Origin: Lama glama
Taxonomy: Eukaryota
NCBI GenBank assembly: GCA_028534125.1
Contig: JAPYYK010000269.1
Coordinates: 124,001 to 188,000 of the forward strand
Direction: 5' to 3'
DNA length: 64,000 nucleotides
Part shown: in pieces, positions 1-13,270 of the stretch
How positions within the stretch are numbered: position 1 is the stretch's first letter
Layout of the letters: the number at the start of each line of letters is the position of its first letter
The notes under the pieces: model-generated
What the model was told of the DNA's origin: nothing
Databases searched by the model: none
The model's input: the letters and a program-made list of their open reading frames with translations, nothing else
Translations under genes and position numbers: made by a program

Positions 1-3
1 AAC

Positions 4-321
4 CAAAGGTCAACCAACTGTAGCCCCAGGGCCTACCGTATGTCAGTGAGCTTAGAATGGTATTTACATGTTTTAATGGTTAAAAAAATCAGAAAAACAG
101 TATTCCACGACACATAAAATTGTATGTAATTCAAATTTCAGTGTCCATAAATAAAATTTTATTGCTGAACAATCACACCCACTCATTTGTTTATTTTAAT
201 GGCTGCTTTCCCACTAGAGGGGCAGACTTGAGTAGTTACAACATTGACCATATGTTCCCAGATCAGAAATATATACTATTCACTATCTGGCCCTTTATGG
301 AAAAAATTTGCTGATCCCTTG
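4..321 (+). mobile_element. MER58B-like hAT-Charlie MITE
   Basis: Diagnostic core 'aattcaaatttcagtgtccataaataaaattttatt', 'gagcttagaatgg' near the 5' end and terminal 'tttgctgatcccttg'; paralogous to 53645-54597. Confidence 0.85.
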
Positions 322-1129
322 TTTAACCCAATAAATAGTCAATGAGTTGAACCTTTCTCTGTATTATTTAAATGACCCCACTAATAATAAAAAAAAAAGG
401 CAGGCAAGGGGAAGTATATACTCAATAATGAATTACAAACTTAAACTGTAGAAAATCTTTAAGCCATTTCTTTCTAATTCTTTAAAGATATTGTTTATAG
501 TTTGCTTTTCTGTGAGCTTGTAGGAAATAATAAATGGAAAAGTTAAAAGCTAACTCCTCCTATGCCTATCTGATTTGCTTCATAAAAAATAAGTTATTTT
601 GTCTCTCTTGCACCTTACAATATGGTAAGATATTTGAGATTTACATGGAAAGCTTTGGGAGTTTTCTGAAATTCTCTTGGATGGTAAAATAAATAAAATT
701 TGGGGTTTTCTTTTTTTTTTTTCCTAAGAACGCATTTGTGAATATGGAGTATGGAACTAATTAAGGAGTGAATTAGAGAATCAGGCAGAACAGGTGTTTC
801 TACTAACTTATGTTTACTGTACAGTTTACATTATTCTTTATCTCAGCATCTTGGTTTTCATTTTTGATCACTTAATTTGATTCTGATTCTTTTGTGTATT
901 TTATCAGCAGTGCATGCTAGGTTTATGGCTGTTTAAATCCCTTATGGCATACAAAAGGAGAGAGGAAGTACCTTTTTTATAGGAATCCTTCTATCTTCAA
1001 TACATTGATGGAAATAGAAGTGATATTTTTCTAACAACCTCTCTCAACAAAGAAATCAATTAACATATGAGTTACATGGAAAAACCTAGCATCTTGCATG
1101 GGGCAGAGGAAAGGCCAGCAGTCAAAAAT

Positions 1130-1265
1130 CGAGCCCATGACTCCTATTTCTGCATTTATTCATTACCTGACCTTCAGCAAACTGTACCCCTTCTCTTGTC
1201 CTCAATTTTCTCATCTATCAAATGGGAGACTGGAACAGCTGAGCGTGTCTCCAGCTCAAAGATTT
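1130..1265 (+). mobile_element. MIR SINE fragment
   Basis: MIR core-like 'gaccttcagcaaact...cctcaattttctcatctatcaaatggg'. Confidence 0.7.
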
Positions 1266-1686
1266 GGTATTTCTAACCACTGCGCTCACCAGTTCCTTTA
1301 CAAGAACGTAACAAACCTACTCATCACCGGAGGAGGTTGTTTCCGTCTCTGAAGTTGGCCCCAAACGACAAATATGCTCACTGGGTTTCATTTTTCATTT
1401 AAAATTTGGATAGATACATTTAAATCAAGAGTGAGGAGACCTGGATTCTTCCCCTCCAAACACCTGTCCTGGGACAACAGACGGCACCTGCCAAATGGTA
1501 AGGAGCCCAGTTCTGTGGATCTCACCAAGCTCCTAGGAGTTTTACGCTGAATCGCAACAAGAAATAGGCACAACAGAGGGAAAGATTATTCTGCAAATAT
1601 GAAGTCTAGAGAGGAAAACGTTCACTTCAATAGAACTTACTGAAACACTAATTAATCTATCTTCCGCCCATAACTAAGAAAAAATA

Positions 1687-1722
1687 TGTGTGTGTGTACA
1701 CACACACACACACACGCACACA
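1687..1722. repeat. (TG)n/(CA)n microsatellite, self-complementary
   Basis: tgtgtgtgtgtacacacacacacacacacgcacaca seen directly. Confidence 0.95.
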
Positions 1723-1724
1723 AA

Positions 1725-2350
1725 TGGTGACAATTCCATGGAACAGGCATACTCACACACTGTTGTAATGCAGAGAAATGTAGAGAAAGCATTTGAAAGC
1801 AATTAGGCAGTACTGTATAGAAGAATGCTCCAAGTGTTGCATACTCTTTGACCCAATATTTCTGCTTCTGGGAAACTATTCTATATATATAAAATATATA
1901 TATATATATAATTATTTGTGCTAGCAAAAATCTTATTTTTTCCAAATAGTTAAATCTGTGGCTTCTTTGAATAATTTTTCCAATAATAATATTTTTCAAT
2001 AATATTAAATTTTCAATAAATAGTTGTGTGTGATCATTAAAGTAATAATCATAAAAGTTTATAATAACATTGTAAAAAAGCCCAGTAGTTAATTAATATT
2101 CTTAAAAATTAGAACATAAAATGGATACATACTATACTCAGACACATTTAAAAAACAAAAATCAAATGCATAAAAATATTCGAAGTTGAATTCACCAGAA
2201 AGTGAAAAAATGACTGTCTGTGAAGGAATTAGAGGTATTTATTTATCAAAACTTTGAAATGGCTTGTTACTATTGCTTTTCTCTTCTGCTTAAAAAAAGT
2301 AATATATAATCATTATTTTAAAAATCCAACAATACACAATGCAGAATTTG
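1725..2350 (+). mobile_element. Old L1 (L1ME-like) ORF2-end/3' remnant
   Basis: 'gaacaggcatactcacacactgttg...tttgaaagcaattaggcag...ctttgacccaatatttctgcttctgggaa' resembles the degenerate L1 ORF2 C-terminal region; AT-rich tail; boundaries approximate. Confidence 0.6.
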
Positions 2351-3111
2351 AACAGTAATATCACTTTATAAGCTAATCACTACCAACTAATATTTATACT
2401 TTTCTATAGCCCTTAAAATTTTAATTGTTGTTGTTTTAACATTGTCAAGCAAATAACATGTACTTAATAAGTATTTGCTTAATGAATTACTATATTTAAA
2501 AAAAACTTCTAGAGTTTCTATGTAACTAATGAAAGTAAGCTTTTTTACTTATAAAGTACTATCTCAGTATTATTTTTATTTCAAAATAACTAGTTATAAA
2601 TATTCTTATGGAACAGATACAATATCATACAATAGCTCCAAAAACTAAATATTCCTGATTTTCACACTGCTGGCTTTTTGCCAGACTTGTGTCAATCATC
2701 TACTGAATAACTCACTGCAGCAAAGTTCACAAATAAGATAAGTATATGTTACTTTGCAAAATAAGTTTATTCTTGGAGGTTTGGGTAATCTAAACGCTAT
2801 TTTAAATGCATAATGGGGGCTCAGATTTAAAGAAATCCTGAGCTCCATCCTTTTGCAACTCAAGAACCCTTTGTGACGTGAAGAAGCATACACTAACACC
2901 TCTGTTTTAAAAAACTGCCTTCATACATTGGACTTCCTAGATGGAAGTTTATACGTGGTCTTTCTAAGAAACGGGGAAGATAATGTATACATATTTAGAA
3001 GGTGCTTAATTCATTATTAGATTAACCTCTATGGAAAAGATATTCAAACAAAATAACAATGGATTTTAAAGTCTGAACTTAACTTAAACTTAAAGAAAAT
3101 ACTATCCTCAC

Positions 3112-3151
3112 CATGCTAAACATTTCATTCTATGATGTGGTGTCCGTCTTC
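3112..3151 (-). other. Candidate 40-nt internal exon of an unidentified minus-strand gene
   Basis: Minus strand: tgtttgttaaattag|GAAGACGG...TTAGCATG|gtgagg; only one frame is open (RRTPHHRMKCLA); weak polypyrimidine tract. Confidence 0.25.
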
Positions 3152-4639
3152 CTAATTTAACAAACAGATTGTGGTTGTTTAAAATCCAGAATGCTGTTAC
3201 TCAAAGGAAACGATATTCTTTTAACTTCCTAGGTCTTCTCACTAAAGGCTATCAAAGCCCATTCATAATGGAGTTCATTTAGTACAAACTACTGTTAGAG
3301 AAAGCAGTTTTGACAATGATTCTATGCGGTGTTGCTTTCTGTTACAATCTGGGGCTCAGGAGGTTATTAACAAATCTCTTCTAGGTCACTAGCCCAGAAA
3401 CAAAAATGGAATTATCCAGCCAAGGTCAAGATTTCCGTGAGAGATGTCTAGGAGTTTGTATATAGGGTTTATAACTGTATTTTTCCCCCTGGACATAAAA
3501 GCAGCTTCTAAAGTTCCTGGGAAAATATTTCAATGAAATTTGATGCAGAATAAATTGGATATTCTTCACTGAAATGATATACACCAATGGATGTAATGAC
3601 TCAATGAGCTATAGATATCTCAATATCATAGCAAACATTCACAAAATGATGCATAATGACTGTGGGTAATGGAATGACTCCAGAGACATCAAGAAGAATT
3701 ATTAATGAATAATTACAGCACATCAATTTAAAGGGGAATAAATGATTTCTAAAAATACAAGAAATAACAGGCTATAAGACACTCTTTAAGTAATGACTTG
3801 TTCTTTCCCATTAAGGTTAAATGAATCAAAACCAGATGCTACCCTTTAGTTTGATATAATTAAATGATAACAGGCTTTTTTTTTTAATCAAAGCCTCCTT
3901 AGAGCCAAATTAACAAATCAGAATCTCTACTGAAAAGCAAACTTGAGTTTTTCTGCTTCCTATGTGCATCATTCATAGCTGGTATCAAAATATCACGCTC
4001 CCAGCCTTCACCGTATTATTTTTGTTACTATAGAAATATAGATGGTGCAAATGACAAGTAAATAGATCATCTAGTTTATTCTTCCAGCACATAGGACTCT
4101 ATTGACATCCCAAAAGAAAAACAATCGTTCATTGCTTTCTGCCTGTATTTCTGTAATGCCTAACTAAGGGACATCTACTGACTTCAGTGTGCATGCTCTT
4201 AATTCGCCTAGATCATTAATAAATGACAAATTGAATTAGACTTCAACCTTCGCTTGAAATTTCCTGCAGCACAAGACCCTGGATGGTTTTTACTTTGGGT
4301 GCTCTTTATAAACATTGTTAGTTCTCCTTCAAGTTTACATTAATCCAAACATTCCTGGACTCACTTTCAGTCCTCATCCAAAATGATGACTTGGCTCTTA
4401 AGGCTTAACATTTTTTTTTGTTATAAAATCTTATTAATTATCACAGAGTCAGAGATTTTCAGATTTGGAAGAAATTTTAAAGGCCATCTAGCCCAACCCT
4501 CCCTTGTAAATAGTTTCTTTGGTAAAGTCTTCACCTGGTGCCATTAAACGGTGCTTAGAAGTCTTCATCGTTAGCTAACTACATCTCCTTCTACCTTCCA
4601 TCTTCGGAACTCGTTTGACTTACTTACGCCAAGCCTAAA

Positions 4640-5390
4640 TTCTGTCTTTTATCTTCTATTCATTCATCCTCGGTCTACCCTCAGATTCTACCCAAGTCAA
4701 TTAAATTCCTCTTCTTCATGACCACTCCTCCTATGTCTAAGAGTAGAAACTATGCCCTGCGGGCTTCCTTCTTTTTCAGCACTTGAGGCGAAGTTCCTTT
4801 CCCATCCTCACAGTAATCCTGTGAATTTGGATAACTCGTCCATACATTTCTCTTAAAGATTGGCACTGGAGATGTGCTCTGACCAAAACAGAGAAGACTG
4901 AGACCATCACATCTACCATCCTAGGTAAGCTTCACATTTACTTACGAAATCCAAATCATATTTGCTCTCTCTTACTGCTGACCAACATCAAGCCTAAAAT
5001 GTACTAAAATCACCAACCTTTTATTTTTCACGTTTGATTTTAACATGCAGGTCTTTCCCCATTTTCTCACTGATCTTTGTAAACTCAAAGTTAAGTCTTT
5101 ATATCATTCATGCTAAAATGTGTCATCTTGTTAGACTTAAGCAATCTATTTCAGCTAGTCAGTCAACATCAGCTGGAAGCTGGAAAACATCACCCCAAGT
5201 CATCAGAGCCCCTCCAGCGTCGTGTCATCTACAGATTTCATGACCATTCATCCAGGCTGATTAAAACATCAGGGAGGATCGATGGAACACCTGTAGCATG
5301 TCACCGAAGCTTGTCTCTCAACATGGACAAGGTCTCATTCATCCAGATCCTTAGGGCTTTCCTTCAGTTACTAACCTGCTAGGCATCTTT
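4640..5390 (-). mobile_element. L3/CR1-like ancient LINE remnant
   Basis: 'agatgtgctctgaccaaaacagagaagactgagaccatcacatc' and 'cagctagtc...catcagctg' resemble reverse-strand L3; heavily decayed. Confidence 0.45.
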
Positions 5391-5542
5391 TCTTCTAGTC
5401 CTGATCTGCCATAGTTCCTTTCACTTGAGGCCATTTCTACTTTGCGATCTGACAATACCCAACGAATCCTGTTAATAAGATCTTGCACTTAATAATTTTA
5501 ATGACCACTTATCGTACTTCATAGAACCACCTTTTCCCTCCA

Positions 5543-5642
5543 TTTAAAAAATTAAAATACAGTTGATTTACAATGTTGTATTAGTTTCTAGCATACAGTA
5601 TAGTGATGCAGTTACATATATATACACACACATATATATATG

Positions 5643-5673
<31 letters not shown>

Positions 5674-5787
5674 ACTCTTTTTCATGTAGGTTACTATAAG
5701 CCATTGAATACAGTTCCCTGTGCTATGCAGTAGGACCTTGCTGCTTATCTATTCTATACATGGCAGTTTGTATCTGCCAATCCCAAA
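5543..5787 (-). mobile_element. L1 3' end (Cetartiodactyla-type), 5'-truncated, with internal (CA)n
   Basis: 'cagttgatttacaatgttgtattagtttct...cagttccctgtgctatgcagtaggacctt...tatctgccaatcccaaa' is the reverse complement of an artiodactyl L1 3' UTR. Confidence 0.9.
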
Positions 5788-5794
5788 GATCCAG

Positions 5795-5935
5795 CCTCTT
5801 TTATTACCCTATTTTACAGGTGAGAAAGCTGAAATCTAGAAGTAAAATAGCTCTCTCAAATGAAGTAGCCAGTAACTATGGATAGGGAATTGAATCTAGA
5901 ATTATTTCCTTCAAGCCCTGTGCTCTTTACTGCTC
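5795..5935 (-). mobile_element. MIR SINE
   Basis: 'attaccctattttacaggtgagaaagctga...gaattgaatctag...gctctttactgct'. Confidence 0.75.
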
Positions 5936-6079
5936 TAATAGATGGCACCACATGATGTCAAGTGGTACCGCATAAGACCTATCATTATGCCTTTGTTATA
6001 TATTGTTGTTATAGACGTTCTCATATATTCCTTTTCTCTGAAATGGCTTTCTCATCCGGTCCGTAAAGAAAACTGTTCA

Positions 6080-6316
6080 TCCTTAACCAGCACAAACAGC
6101 ATCCTTTCTGTTAATCCTCCTTTGCACTCTTCTGGACCCACTGTGAGCATCTATAATTGCCCTCCATACACTGCCATTACTGTGCACCATTTTTGGCTCC
6201 CTTCCAAGAGTGTGCACTCACACACTGAAGGCGGGGCTTCTCACTCTTTTATCTTGGTGTTCCCAGAAATTAACAAAGTGCCTGTCTCTTGGAGGTGCAT
6301 AATAGATGTTTCCTGA
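6080..6316 (+). mobile_element. L2 3' fragment
   Basis: Ends in 'gtgttcccag...aaagtgcctg...aggtgcataatagatgtttcctgaa', typical of the L2 terminus. Confidence 0.6.
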
Positions 6317-7379
6317 ACAGTAATTCATGTTTGACAGTATTTCATTGGTCTCATGGACCAGTCTCTTTGTGCCACCTGGTCAAGCCAACTTGAATTCACG
6401 CAGGGCAGCTTCAAAACATACACTCTCTTCACCCCCTTGTCACTGCTGTCCATGCTCTGTCTATGCCTTAACATGTATCTGTTTTATAACAGTCAAGTCA
6501 AAGACGTTTTGGTCCTGGCAGAGGAGACAGAAGCAGTAGAGGGATAGAGGCATCTGCTCTCTCTCCACCACCCTACAGTATCACACCATCGCTGCTGTCA
6601 GCAGCCTTGACCCTTTTGTTGCTCAAACCAGAAGTAACCTGAAAACTTTCCAAAACCTCCAGTCAAATTTGAGTCATTTAGCCCTATACTACCCAACTAT
6701 TTTCACCCTTTTGGAATGAGCTAAGTATGCTAAAATCCTAACATTGATTTCAAAAAGACATTTCCTCTTGAAATATAAACCTAATAAGATTTAAACCTTC
6801 AGCTTACAGAACTGCATATAATCTTTTCTTGTTTAAAAATTTCAATATAAATAAACATTGTTTTTGTAAATTGGTGTATAAACTATCTTTCTTATAGACA
6901 TTATATCACTAATAAAAAATGTGAAAAACATACTTTTGGTTAGTTTTTTCCCCCTCTAATCTGTTTCTTATTTATTTACATGCATTTACACGGGTCGACT
7001 AAAAAATTGAAATATTTCTTTGAATATTTCAGGTCAAAGAATTATTGGTTTAAGGGAGGGAGACCCCATAAGTGCTACTTTCACCACTTCATATAAAGGG
7101 TACGTACTGTTTGGTTTTTTTTTTTCCATGAATGAACCAAGATCATAATATTTATTTTTCCTCATTTCTATAATTGCACCTAGAGACACAGACCCAAAAC
7201 CACCCATTTCCACCTAGTCAATAATGGATAATAGTACAAACAATTAAACTAGACCTTGCCTTCAAAACAGGACTTGATAGACAGCAACTTGAATTTAATG
7301 ACCTGGACCTGAACTTCAAACTCTTCTCCTGTCCTGCCCTCCAATAACCAACAGGGTGCATGACGTTATTCCAGTAACG

Positions 7380-7650
7380 TGAAGGGTACATACTAGTAGC
7401 ACAACTTAGCACTGTTGATGTTCACCTTGATCATTTGACTGAGGTAGTATTTTTCATTTTTCTCTACTGTAAAGTAACTCTTTTCTTCCCACTTCCATAT
7501 CTCATTCTTTGAGAATAAACTGCTAAGTGCAGCCCACACTTAAGGAGTGGATAGTTATGTGCCACTGTGTTGGGAGAAGGGAGTATCTACATAAATTACT
7601 TAAAATTTTTCACAAGAGATATTTGTTTCTCTATCATTCATTTTTTTCCA
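7380..7650 (-). mobile_element. L1MC-like 3' UTR fragment
   Basis: 'gatgttcaccttgatcatttgactgaggtagt...aagtgcagcccacacttaaggag...gagtatctacataaattac'. Confidence 0.75.
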
Positions 7651-7889
7651 TCATTGATTTCTATCAATATTGCCTAATTCACTTTTTTAAAGCTCACATT
7701 AGGGTGACTGAGGCAATCAGTTCATTTGTAGTAAGTTCAAGGTGAGAATTTTTTCTCTCAAACTCATACTTCAGTCTCTTCTGCAGATGGCATGCTGAGA
7801 AGTGATGCTCATAACAATTACTCTAGAGTTTTGAGGAATTTGAATAATCCGGCCCCAGAGTAATCCCATTTAAAATGGGAGACCACACA

Positions 7890-8115
7890 GCAGAGAAGCA
7901 TAGACTAGCCTGCCTGGGTTCAAATTCTGGCTCTGTTTTTTTGTGGTTTATGACCTTGGGCAGGTTGTTTAAGCTCTCTGTGGCTCAGTTTGTCATTTAT
8001 GAAAAGGGAATTTTAATAGTACACAACATGTGGGGTTGTTATGAAGAATAAATGAGATAATCAAGGTCAAGAAATAAGTGTAGTGCCTGGCACAGACAGA
8101 AGCATACAAGCGTCA
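7890..8115 (+). mobile_element. MIR SINE, near full length
   Basis: 'cctgggttcaaattctggctctg...tgaccttgggcaggttgtttaagctctctgtggctcagttt...gtgcctggcaca'. Confidence 0.9.
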
Positions 8116-9836
8116 GCCACGCAAACCGTAGTTTATACTTTGCACAATACCTAACATCGTGCATGATAAGAGATGCAACTCTTGGTTAATAAGAACATCT
8201 GATAAAATAGGAGGTGCTATCTACCCAAAGGCGAAATTAGCTTTAAAATGAATATTCTCGATCATGGTTATTGGCTTTGCTTCTCTAACATTCTAGAATT
8301 CTCCTTAGTAGGAGCGGAAGGGATGAGGTAACAGGGATAAGCAGGAAACCATGGGTTCACTTGGTGAACTTCTAAGGATTCCTCTTGTTGGATCTTTAGA
8401 AAACAGGTACAAAGACGAGGGAGCAGGAGACATAAAGATGCTAAGAGTAAAAGGGCACCGTGCTTAAGAGCTGACTGCCCAGACAGACAGGCAAAAGGCA
8501 ATGTATAATATAGAAACTTCTGCATTTGACATAAAGAACTGGTTGAAACGGGGAGAAAAGATTATTCAAATGGGATGCAACGAAACCAGAATGTCCTCTA
8601 CCTCCAGCATGCACAAGGGGGTTCCGCTTGTCATGTCAGGAATGAGATACTAAATGCTAGAGGTGACAGTATACAGCATGGCTTGAACTCATGTTCATCT
8701 ACATAGGCCCAGATGACTTCCATGCTCCATCCAGTGCTCATGCTTTATCATCCCATTACCATGCTGGGGGCTGGGCACCATTCTGATAGGTTTCTCCAAC
8801 CAAGGACTGTCAGAGGAGAGTAGGTATTATCTGAGACAGCCAGGGAGATTGCTCCATCAGCTCTGGCCAGCCCAGCCTTTGTTGTGTCCCATAAACACAG
8901 TGCCCATTCCCACTTCTTTACGCTGTCATGGCTCTGATCTCTCTTCTCTGTCAGTCCAGGGTTCTCCTCTGAAACTTCCAGATCTAAAAAGGGCCACACA
9001 CCCTTACCAGCACCACTCCTCTCACCTGTTTTGTTTGAATTATAGATCTCCTTCATACTTTGTGGACATGATCTTCCTTGTATTCATTTACAACTCTGCA
9101 GATTCCTAGTGGCATAGCCTATACATGCATTTAGAAGGACCATCCCCAACTCCAACACAAGCCCTTGGGGATAAGAATACTTAATTTTTGTTTTCTTAGA
9201 ACTCCTTCATAGGACCAAATATAGTATTCCACATACAGATGTGCTAAATAAGCAATGCTTATTTGACACTCAAATGACAGGCATGGGGTGATGTTTATTT
9301 AATTCTTTGTTCCCCACTGCATGGAACACAATATAAAATTGGAAAAATTTTGCCATGAGTGGCCACTGAAGTCAGACTATTTAAATGAGTTATATTTAAG
9401 TAAAACAAACAGCTACTACATTCTATCTCCAAATTCAACACTCATTTATAGAGGGCATGTGGCAATTCACTCGTAAGATACAATGTTAGAAAATATATGA
9501 CCTTTGGTCTCAAGATGTTAACAATATTCCTATGAAACTATATACAGGGGGAAAATCAGAAAAATTTCCTTCTCCAAAGGTGATCCTTATAAAAATAATT
9601 TGTGGTAATTTCCAAAGCTCTGTCTGTATGTAACTTTGTACCACTACGCAGGTATAGGGGAACAATTTTCTTCAATTTTCATGAAACATTGTCTAATGGA
9701 ACAAACTTCCTAATGGTGGTACTGAAATTTTGTTTATGGGGTTGTCCCATAACAAAAATACTAGGAGGTCATCCATAGTTTCCTAGAGGAAATCAAAGTG
9801 GCTTGAGGTTGTCAGTATCATTTAAAAAGTCACACT

Positions 9837-10516
9837 GAAATAGAGCTACCATATGATCCAGTAATTCTACTTCTAGGTATTTATTTGAAGGAAATAGAAA
9901 CACTGATTTGAAAAGATATCTACACCGCTATGTTCACTGCAGCATTATTTACAACATACATGACGTGGAAACAACCTAAGTGCCCAGAGACTGAAAAATG
10001 GATCAACAAGATGTGATACAATGGAATATTACTCAGCCACATAATAAGAAACCCTGCCATTTGCAACAACATCGATGGACCTCAAGGGCATTTTTGCTAA
10101 GTGAAATGAGTCAGACAGAGGAAAATCAAGTACCGCACGACCTCACTTACATGTGGAATCTAAAACAAACACACGCAAGTACACAGAAACAGAGCTCATA
10201 GCTACAGAGAACAAATTAGTAGTTGCCAGAGGAGGAAGTAGGAGGTGGGCAGCATAGGCGAAGATGGTCAAAAGGTACAATCTTCCAGTTACAAAATAAG
10301 TAAGTCTTGGAAGGTAATGTATGGCATGGTAACTGTAACTAATAATACTGTACTGTATATTTGAAAGTTGCTAAGAGAGTAGATCTTAAAAGCTTTCATC
10401 ACAAGTAACTGTGTGGTGATGGATATCAACTGAACTGAATATGATGATCATTTTGCAACACATACATATATCGAATCACTATGTTGAATACAATGTTTCA
10501 CATCAATTGTATCTCA
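9837..10516 (+). mobile_element. L1MA-like (L1MA8-10 type) 5'-truncated L1 with 13-bp TSD
   Basis: ORF2 end 'gagctaccatatgatccag...atgttcactgcagcattattt' plus 3' UTR 'gaaagttgctaagagagtagatcttaa'; TSD aaaaagtcacact at 9824-9836 and 10517-10529. Confidence 0.92.
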
Positions 10517-10956
10517 AAAAAGTCACACTATCATTAATTCATGGACCGTGGAAGTGACCAAGAAAACGTATCAATTTACCAGCCTCCGGGTAGCACTGCA
10601 GGGAAGTATCAGGGCAGCAGAAGCCCTTTCTCTTCTGTTCTTCCCCTTACTTCTACCGACGCGGGAAGACATCCCTCAACTTTCACACACAATCTCTAGG
10701 AATGCCTTTCAGGTCTCTAATTCCCTGCATTCCCCAGGGAGAAGCTTCCAAGTCTGCTTCAATGTCTCTCAGAACCTGATAAACTAAATCTCAGAAAGTC
10801 AGTCCTCCACAAGGTAAAAAAAAAAAAAAAAAAAAAAAAGACTGAATGAAAGAGGTCCCTGCTTCCACAATTGAATTGAGTGTCTTATTATCCCTGCAGA
10901 TTGAAGGTGCTGTCAGTATCCTAGAATGTTTTCTTTCCCTTTTCTTCTTCACTTAC

Positions 10957-11032
10957 CACACACCTCTGAACTGCTAAGTGTTCTTAGAGCATTACTTAAT
11001 TGTTCTGTCTCCATCCTGAGCTGCAGTGGCAA
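10957..11032 (-). other. Candidate 76-nt exon with strong-Kozak ATG (METEQLSNALRTLSSSEVC-G)
   Basis: Minus strand: ctgtattataccttttcag|TTGCCAC...GTGTGTG|gtaagt; ATG at 11014-11012 in context AGGATGG; lies in unique sequence between two L1s. Confidence 0.4.
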
Positions 11033-11216
11033 CTGAAAAGGTATAATACAGCATAGCATCCATCTCAATAATCTAACCCTTGTTGGGTTTAATGGGTGAT
11101 TATAATGGTTATAATTCAGGCAGAAAAAGAAATCTGGTACCTGTCGCCAAGACCTTGAGTTTTCTAGAGAAAGTTCAGTCAATCCAAGGGGAAAAGTTCT
11201 TTTTTAAAAGAGTAAT

Positions 11217-11654
11217 TTTCTTTAAATTTTATTATTTTATTGAAATATAGTTGATTTATAATGTGCTAGTTTCAGGTGTACAGCAAAGTGATTCTGTAAT
11301 ACATACATATATATCTATTATATTCATATTCTTTTCCATTATAGGTTATTACAAGATATTGAATACAGTTCTCTGTGCTATACAGTAGGCCCTGTTGGTT
11401 ATCTATTTTATATATAGTAGTGTGTATATGTTAATCTCAAACTCTTAATTTATCCCTCATCTCTCTCCCCTTTGGTAACCATAAGTTTGTTTTCTATGTG
11501 AGTCTATTTTTATTCTGTAAATAAGTTTATTTGCATCTTTTTTTTTAGATTCCACATATTAACAATATCATATATTTGTCTTTCTCTGTCTTCACTTAGT
11601 ATGAGCATCTCTAGGCCTATCCATGGTGCTAAAAATGGCATTATTTCATTCCTT
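11217..11654 (-). mobile_element. L1 3' end (Cetartiodactyla-type)
   Basis: 'ttttattgaaatatagttgattt...caggtgtacagcaaagtgattc...ttagattccacata...aatggcattatttcattcctt'; possible decayed TSD taaaagagt/taacagagt. Confidence 0.92.
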
Positions 11655-12965
11655 AACAGAGTGAAATGTGAAAGAGTGAAAATATGTATGTAAATATGTC
11701 TCTACACAGAGCAGGTGCATATACACACTGTAACATAAATGTATATTCTGGATGAGATGATACTGCAGACTTATTACACAGGGAACTAAAACCCCACAAA
11801 TGATCTTTCTGTTCAGTGTTCTGAAATCTTAATGTGCAAAGAAGAGCGTGACCCGGGGGGGTGAACTGGAGACCCAGCATGCAGAGTCAATTGTTCTTGA
11901 TATAAAATGTGCCCTGTGTGATCCTGCACATTTATCACAACAGGAAGCAGGCAGCAGGGGAGGAGCATCTGCGGCACCGCAAGAAAAACACTGGAAGGAA
12001 ACGCCAATGGGGATGACATTACAAAAAGACCAAATGACCTGCTTGTTCCTTGGCTGGTGTCAAAGCCTTCAGTGCTTCAATTTAGTTATCACCAGCTGCT
12101 CTTCCCCCAACGTGACAAGGTGAGAACTTCAAGGAGAGCCAGTGACAGCAGGAGAAAAATCCTCCAACAGTTGAGAGAGAAAATAATGACTTGGCAAAAC
12201 AAACAAGGGACAGAGGTAACTTTCAATTCACATCCAAGAACCTATTTGAGGCAGATGACAGAGAACCATGTCTGTGCCTCTCTTACTTTCCTGACCACCT
12301 TGCCCTGGAACGAGAGGACCTTCATTAGAAATATGGACAACTATTACTATGGCTGCTTTATTAATCACAGGTCCACAGACCCAAAGCAGTTCATGCTTTG
12401 AAAGGCAATTCACAAACTACTACCACTCAGAATCTCTGACGGTTTTTCCTTGGTAAGAGGTTTATGGTGTTCATCAAATTCTAAGAGGGACCTGTGACCT
12501 ATAAAAATTTAAGAATCTCTGCTGAAGATTGCAGTCTGCAGTCACTGCAGAAACTGGCCCCCAGGCGGCCCACAGGGGCACAGAGGCCAGGAAGTGTCCC
12601 AGGAGGGCTTCCTTCCAGCCCAAGGGGCAAAGGTGGGCTGAACTCAAGCTCTGCTCTCTACTCATGCCTTTGCCCTGGAGTAAAATAAGGGTGAAATGCT
12701 CCTTTTCTGGGTTTTATTTGTCCAGAGGGGCTTTCATTGTAAGTGTGCTGTATGGGCTAACGGTGGTCTGTGATTCATTTATCTTCCTCCCTCCCCCACA
12801 GTCCCCGGACTAAGCAACTACCCTGTCACCTTACATCTGTGCACAACCCCAAGCTGCCTTTGCTTTGAAAAAGGTATCCATTCTGTCTCCATGCTATTCA
12901 CGTAAGAATACTTTTTCGAATTACAGCAATTCAAGGTTGGTTATTACCTTTGGTTACTCTAAAAA

Positions 12966-13270
12966 TGCACTGTCTAATACAGCAGGAACTAGCCACAAAT
13001 GGCTACTGAGGACATGAAATGTTGCCAGTCCCAACTGAGATGAGCTGTAAGTGTAAAATAAACCTTGGATTTTGAAGACTGTAGGGGAAAAAATCATGTA
13101 CAATTTACTATAATTTTATATTGATATCATATTGAATGATAATATTTAGACTATATTGGGTTGAAAGAATAGTAATACAAGTGTCTTTTACTTTCTTTAA
13201 CATGGCTACTAGAAATTGTAAAACTGCACACATTGCTCTGCTCACACCATGTTTCTACTGGACAGCACTG
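12966..13270 (-). mobile_element. MER33 hAT-Charlie MITE
   Basis: TIR-like ends 'gcactgtctaata' and 'tactggacagcactg'; internal 'ctagccacaaatggctactgag', 'tggctactagaaa'. Confidence 0.85.

Noticed and set aside
9998-10201. 67-aa ORF
   Set aside because: Frameshifted remnant inside the L1MA element.
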